A DNA stretch of 64,000 bases from an uncultured Ignavibacteria bacterium (GTDB lineage Bacteria; Bacteroidota; Ignavibacteria; Tepidaquicellales; OLB5), in assembly GCA_963816535.1 (NCBI GenBank), contig CAWFKW010000006.1, positions 324,334 to 388,333 on the forward strand, read 5' to 3'. A model generated the notes under the pieces. It saw only the letters and a list, made by a program, of their open reading frames with translations, made no database searches and had not been told where the DNA came from. Positions 63,326 through 64,000 of the stretch are shown one piece after another; positions within the stretch are counted from its first letter, which is position 1, and every line of letters starts with the position of its first letter. The position numbers were made by a program, and so were the translations under genes.

Positions 63326-63567
63326 AACCCCACACTTCAGGGTGGGGATTTGATGTACAACTTATTCAGGACTTTAGTCCTGACAGAAAAAAAGTTCAGG
63401 GCTAAAGCCCGGCGTTCCGGTGTTTATTAATCCCCGACCTAAAGGTCGGGGTTAGTTAAAAAGATTCTTAACCCTGCTAAAGGTCGGGGTTAGTTAAAAA
63501 GATTCTTAACCCCGCTCTTTAGAGCGGGGATTGGGAAGAACTAAAAATTCAGGACTTTAGTCCTGAA
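63326..63567. repeat. Cluster of 6-7 short hairpins sharing (C)TTTA(G)/(C)TAAA(G) loops, including a 2 x 38-bp tandem repeat
   Basis: TCAGGACtttaGTCCTGA occurs at 63366 and 63549. Also present are CCCCGACCtaaaGGTCGGGG and CCCCGCTCtttaGAGCGGGG. The tandem units lie at 63439-63476 and 63477-63514. Confidence 0.85.
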
Positions 63568-63579
63568 AACAAGAATCAT

Positions 63580-64000
63580 ATGGAAGACAAATACAAATAC
63601 AACGAGCCGATGGTCCGGTTTTACGACGCCATATACGATAAAATGGCGGGCCCGCTTAATAAACATTTTTATATCGATAAAATGGTTAATGCCAGGGGCC
63701 CCGTTCTGGAAATTGGATGCGGAACCGGTAGATTGTTTTGCGAAGCATTAAAACAAGGCGCTGATGTATACGGTATTGACCATAGCGAGCTGATGCTCAA
63801 TGTGCTGAAAAATAAAATCGATGAAAAAGACCATCACCGCGTTAAACTTGTTGATGCGAAGGAATTTTTTTTATCAGAAAGAAAATATAATTTGATAATA
63901 GCTCCGTTCAGAGTGTTCCAGCATATTTATGAAGTTAAGGACCAGATAAGTTTTCTGAAGAATATCAAAAACAATCTGGCCGAAGGAGGCGAGTTTATTT
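63580..64000 (+). CDS. Class I SAM-dependent methyltransferase (3' end outside the window; not in the ORF track)
   Basis: ATG at 63580, open to the window end: MEDKYKYNEPMVRFYDAIY...GPVLEIGCGTGRL (motif I)...VYGIDHS...LIIAPFRVFQHI. Confidence 0.8.
   Translation, partial: MEDKYKYNEPMVRFYDAIYDKMAGPLNKHFYIDKMVNARGPVLEIGCGTGRLFCEALKQGADVYGIDHSELMLNVLKNKIDEKDHHRVKLVDAKEFFLSERKYNLIIAPFRVFQHIYEVKDQISFLKNIKNNLAEGGEFI

Overview
This 64-kb window is bacterial and has no rRNA operon or CRISPR array. Many secreted proteins end in a type IX secretion (T9SS) C-terminal sorting domain (NYPNPFNPST...K), which suggests an FCB-group organism, possibly Ignavibacteria- or Bacteroidota-like. That taxonomic placement is inference only. 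From left to right the window holds: a 5'-truncated DUF4041/T5orf172 gene; an SBBP beta-propeller T9SS protein; a minus-strand trehalose operon (TPS-TPP fusion, unknown gene, TreT); a ClC channel gene with an apparent 1-nt frameshift; and a 10-kb signal-transduction cluster of three large multi-PAS histidine kinases, a LuxR-type regulator and a stand-alone receiver. Next come an AraC regulator and a double-DTG aspartyl protease. The most interesting region is an 8.6-kb A/T-rich integrative element at 24327-32951. It sits in the 5' half of tRNA-Ser(GCU) and is bounded by a perfect 44-bp direct repeat. It carries two paralogous tyrosine integrases, iterons, a 157-nt rod-like palindrome, and a duplicated 175-bp module encoding an unannotated 49-aa Cys/His-rich small protein. 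It also carries cargo genes of unknown function and a 414-aa protein with the motif set of a minimal family-A (PolA/T7-like) polymerase. Downstream are a TPR protein, speB, dnaX, five paralogous BNR/Asp-box propeller genes, an extended SppA, bcp, a complex tandem-repeat array, pfkB, mtnA, recO, htrA, T9SS proteins, phzF, a decayed RAYT-like transposase remnant, two ABC exporter genes and a 3'-truncated SAM methyltransferase. Several hairpin repeat families fill the intergenic regions. All calls come from reading the sequence and recalling family motifs; no searches were run.
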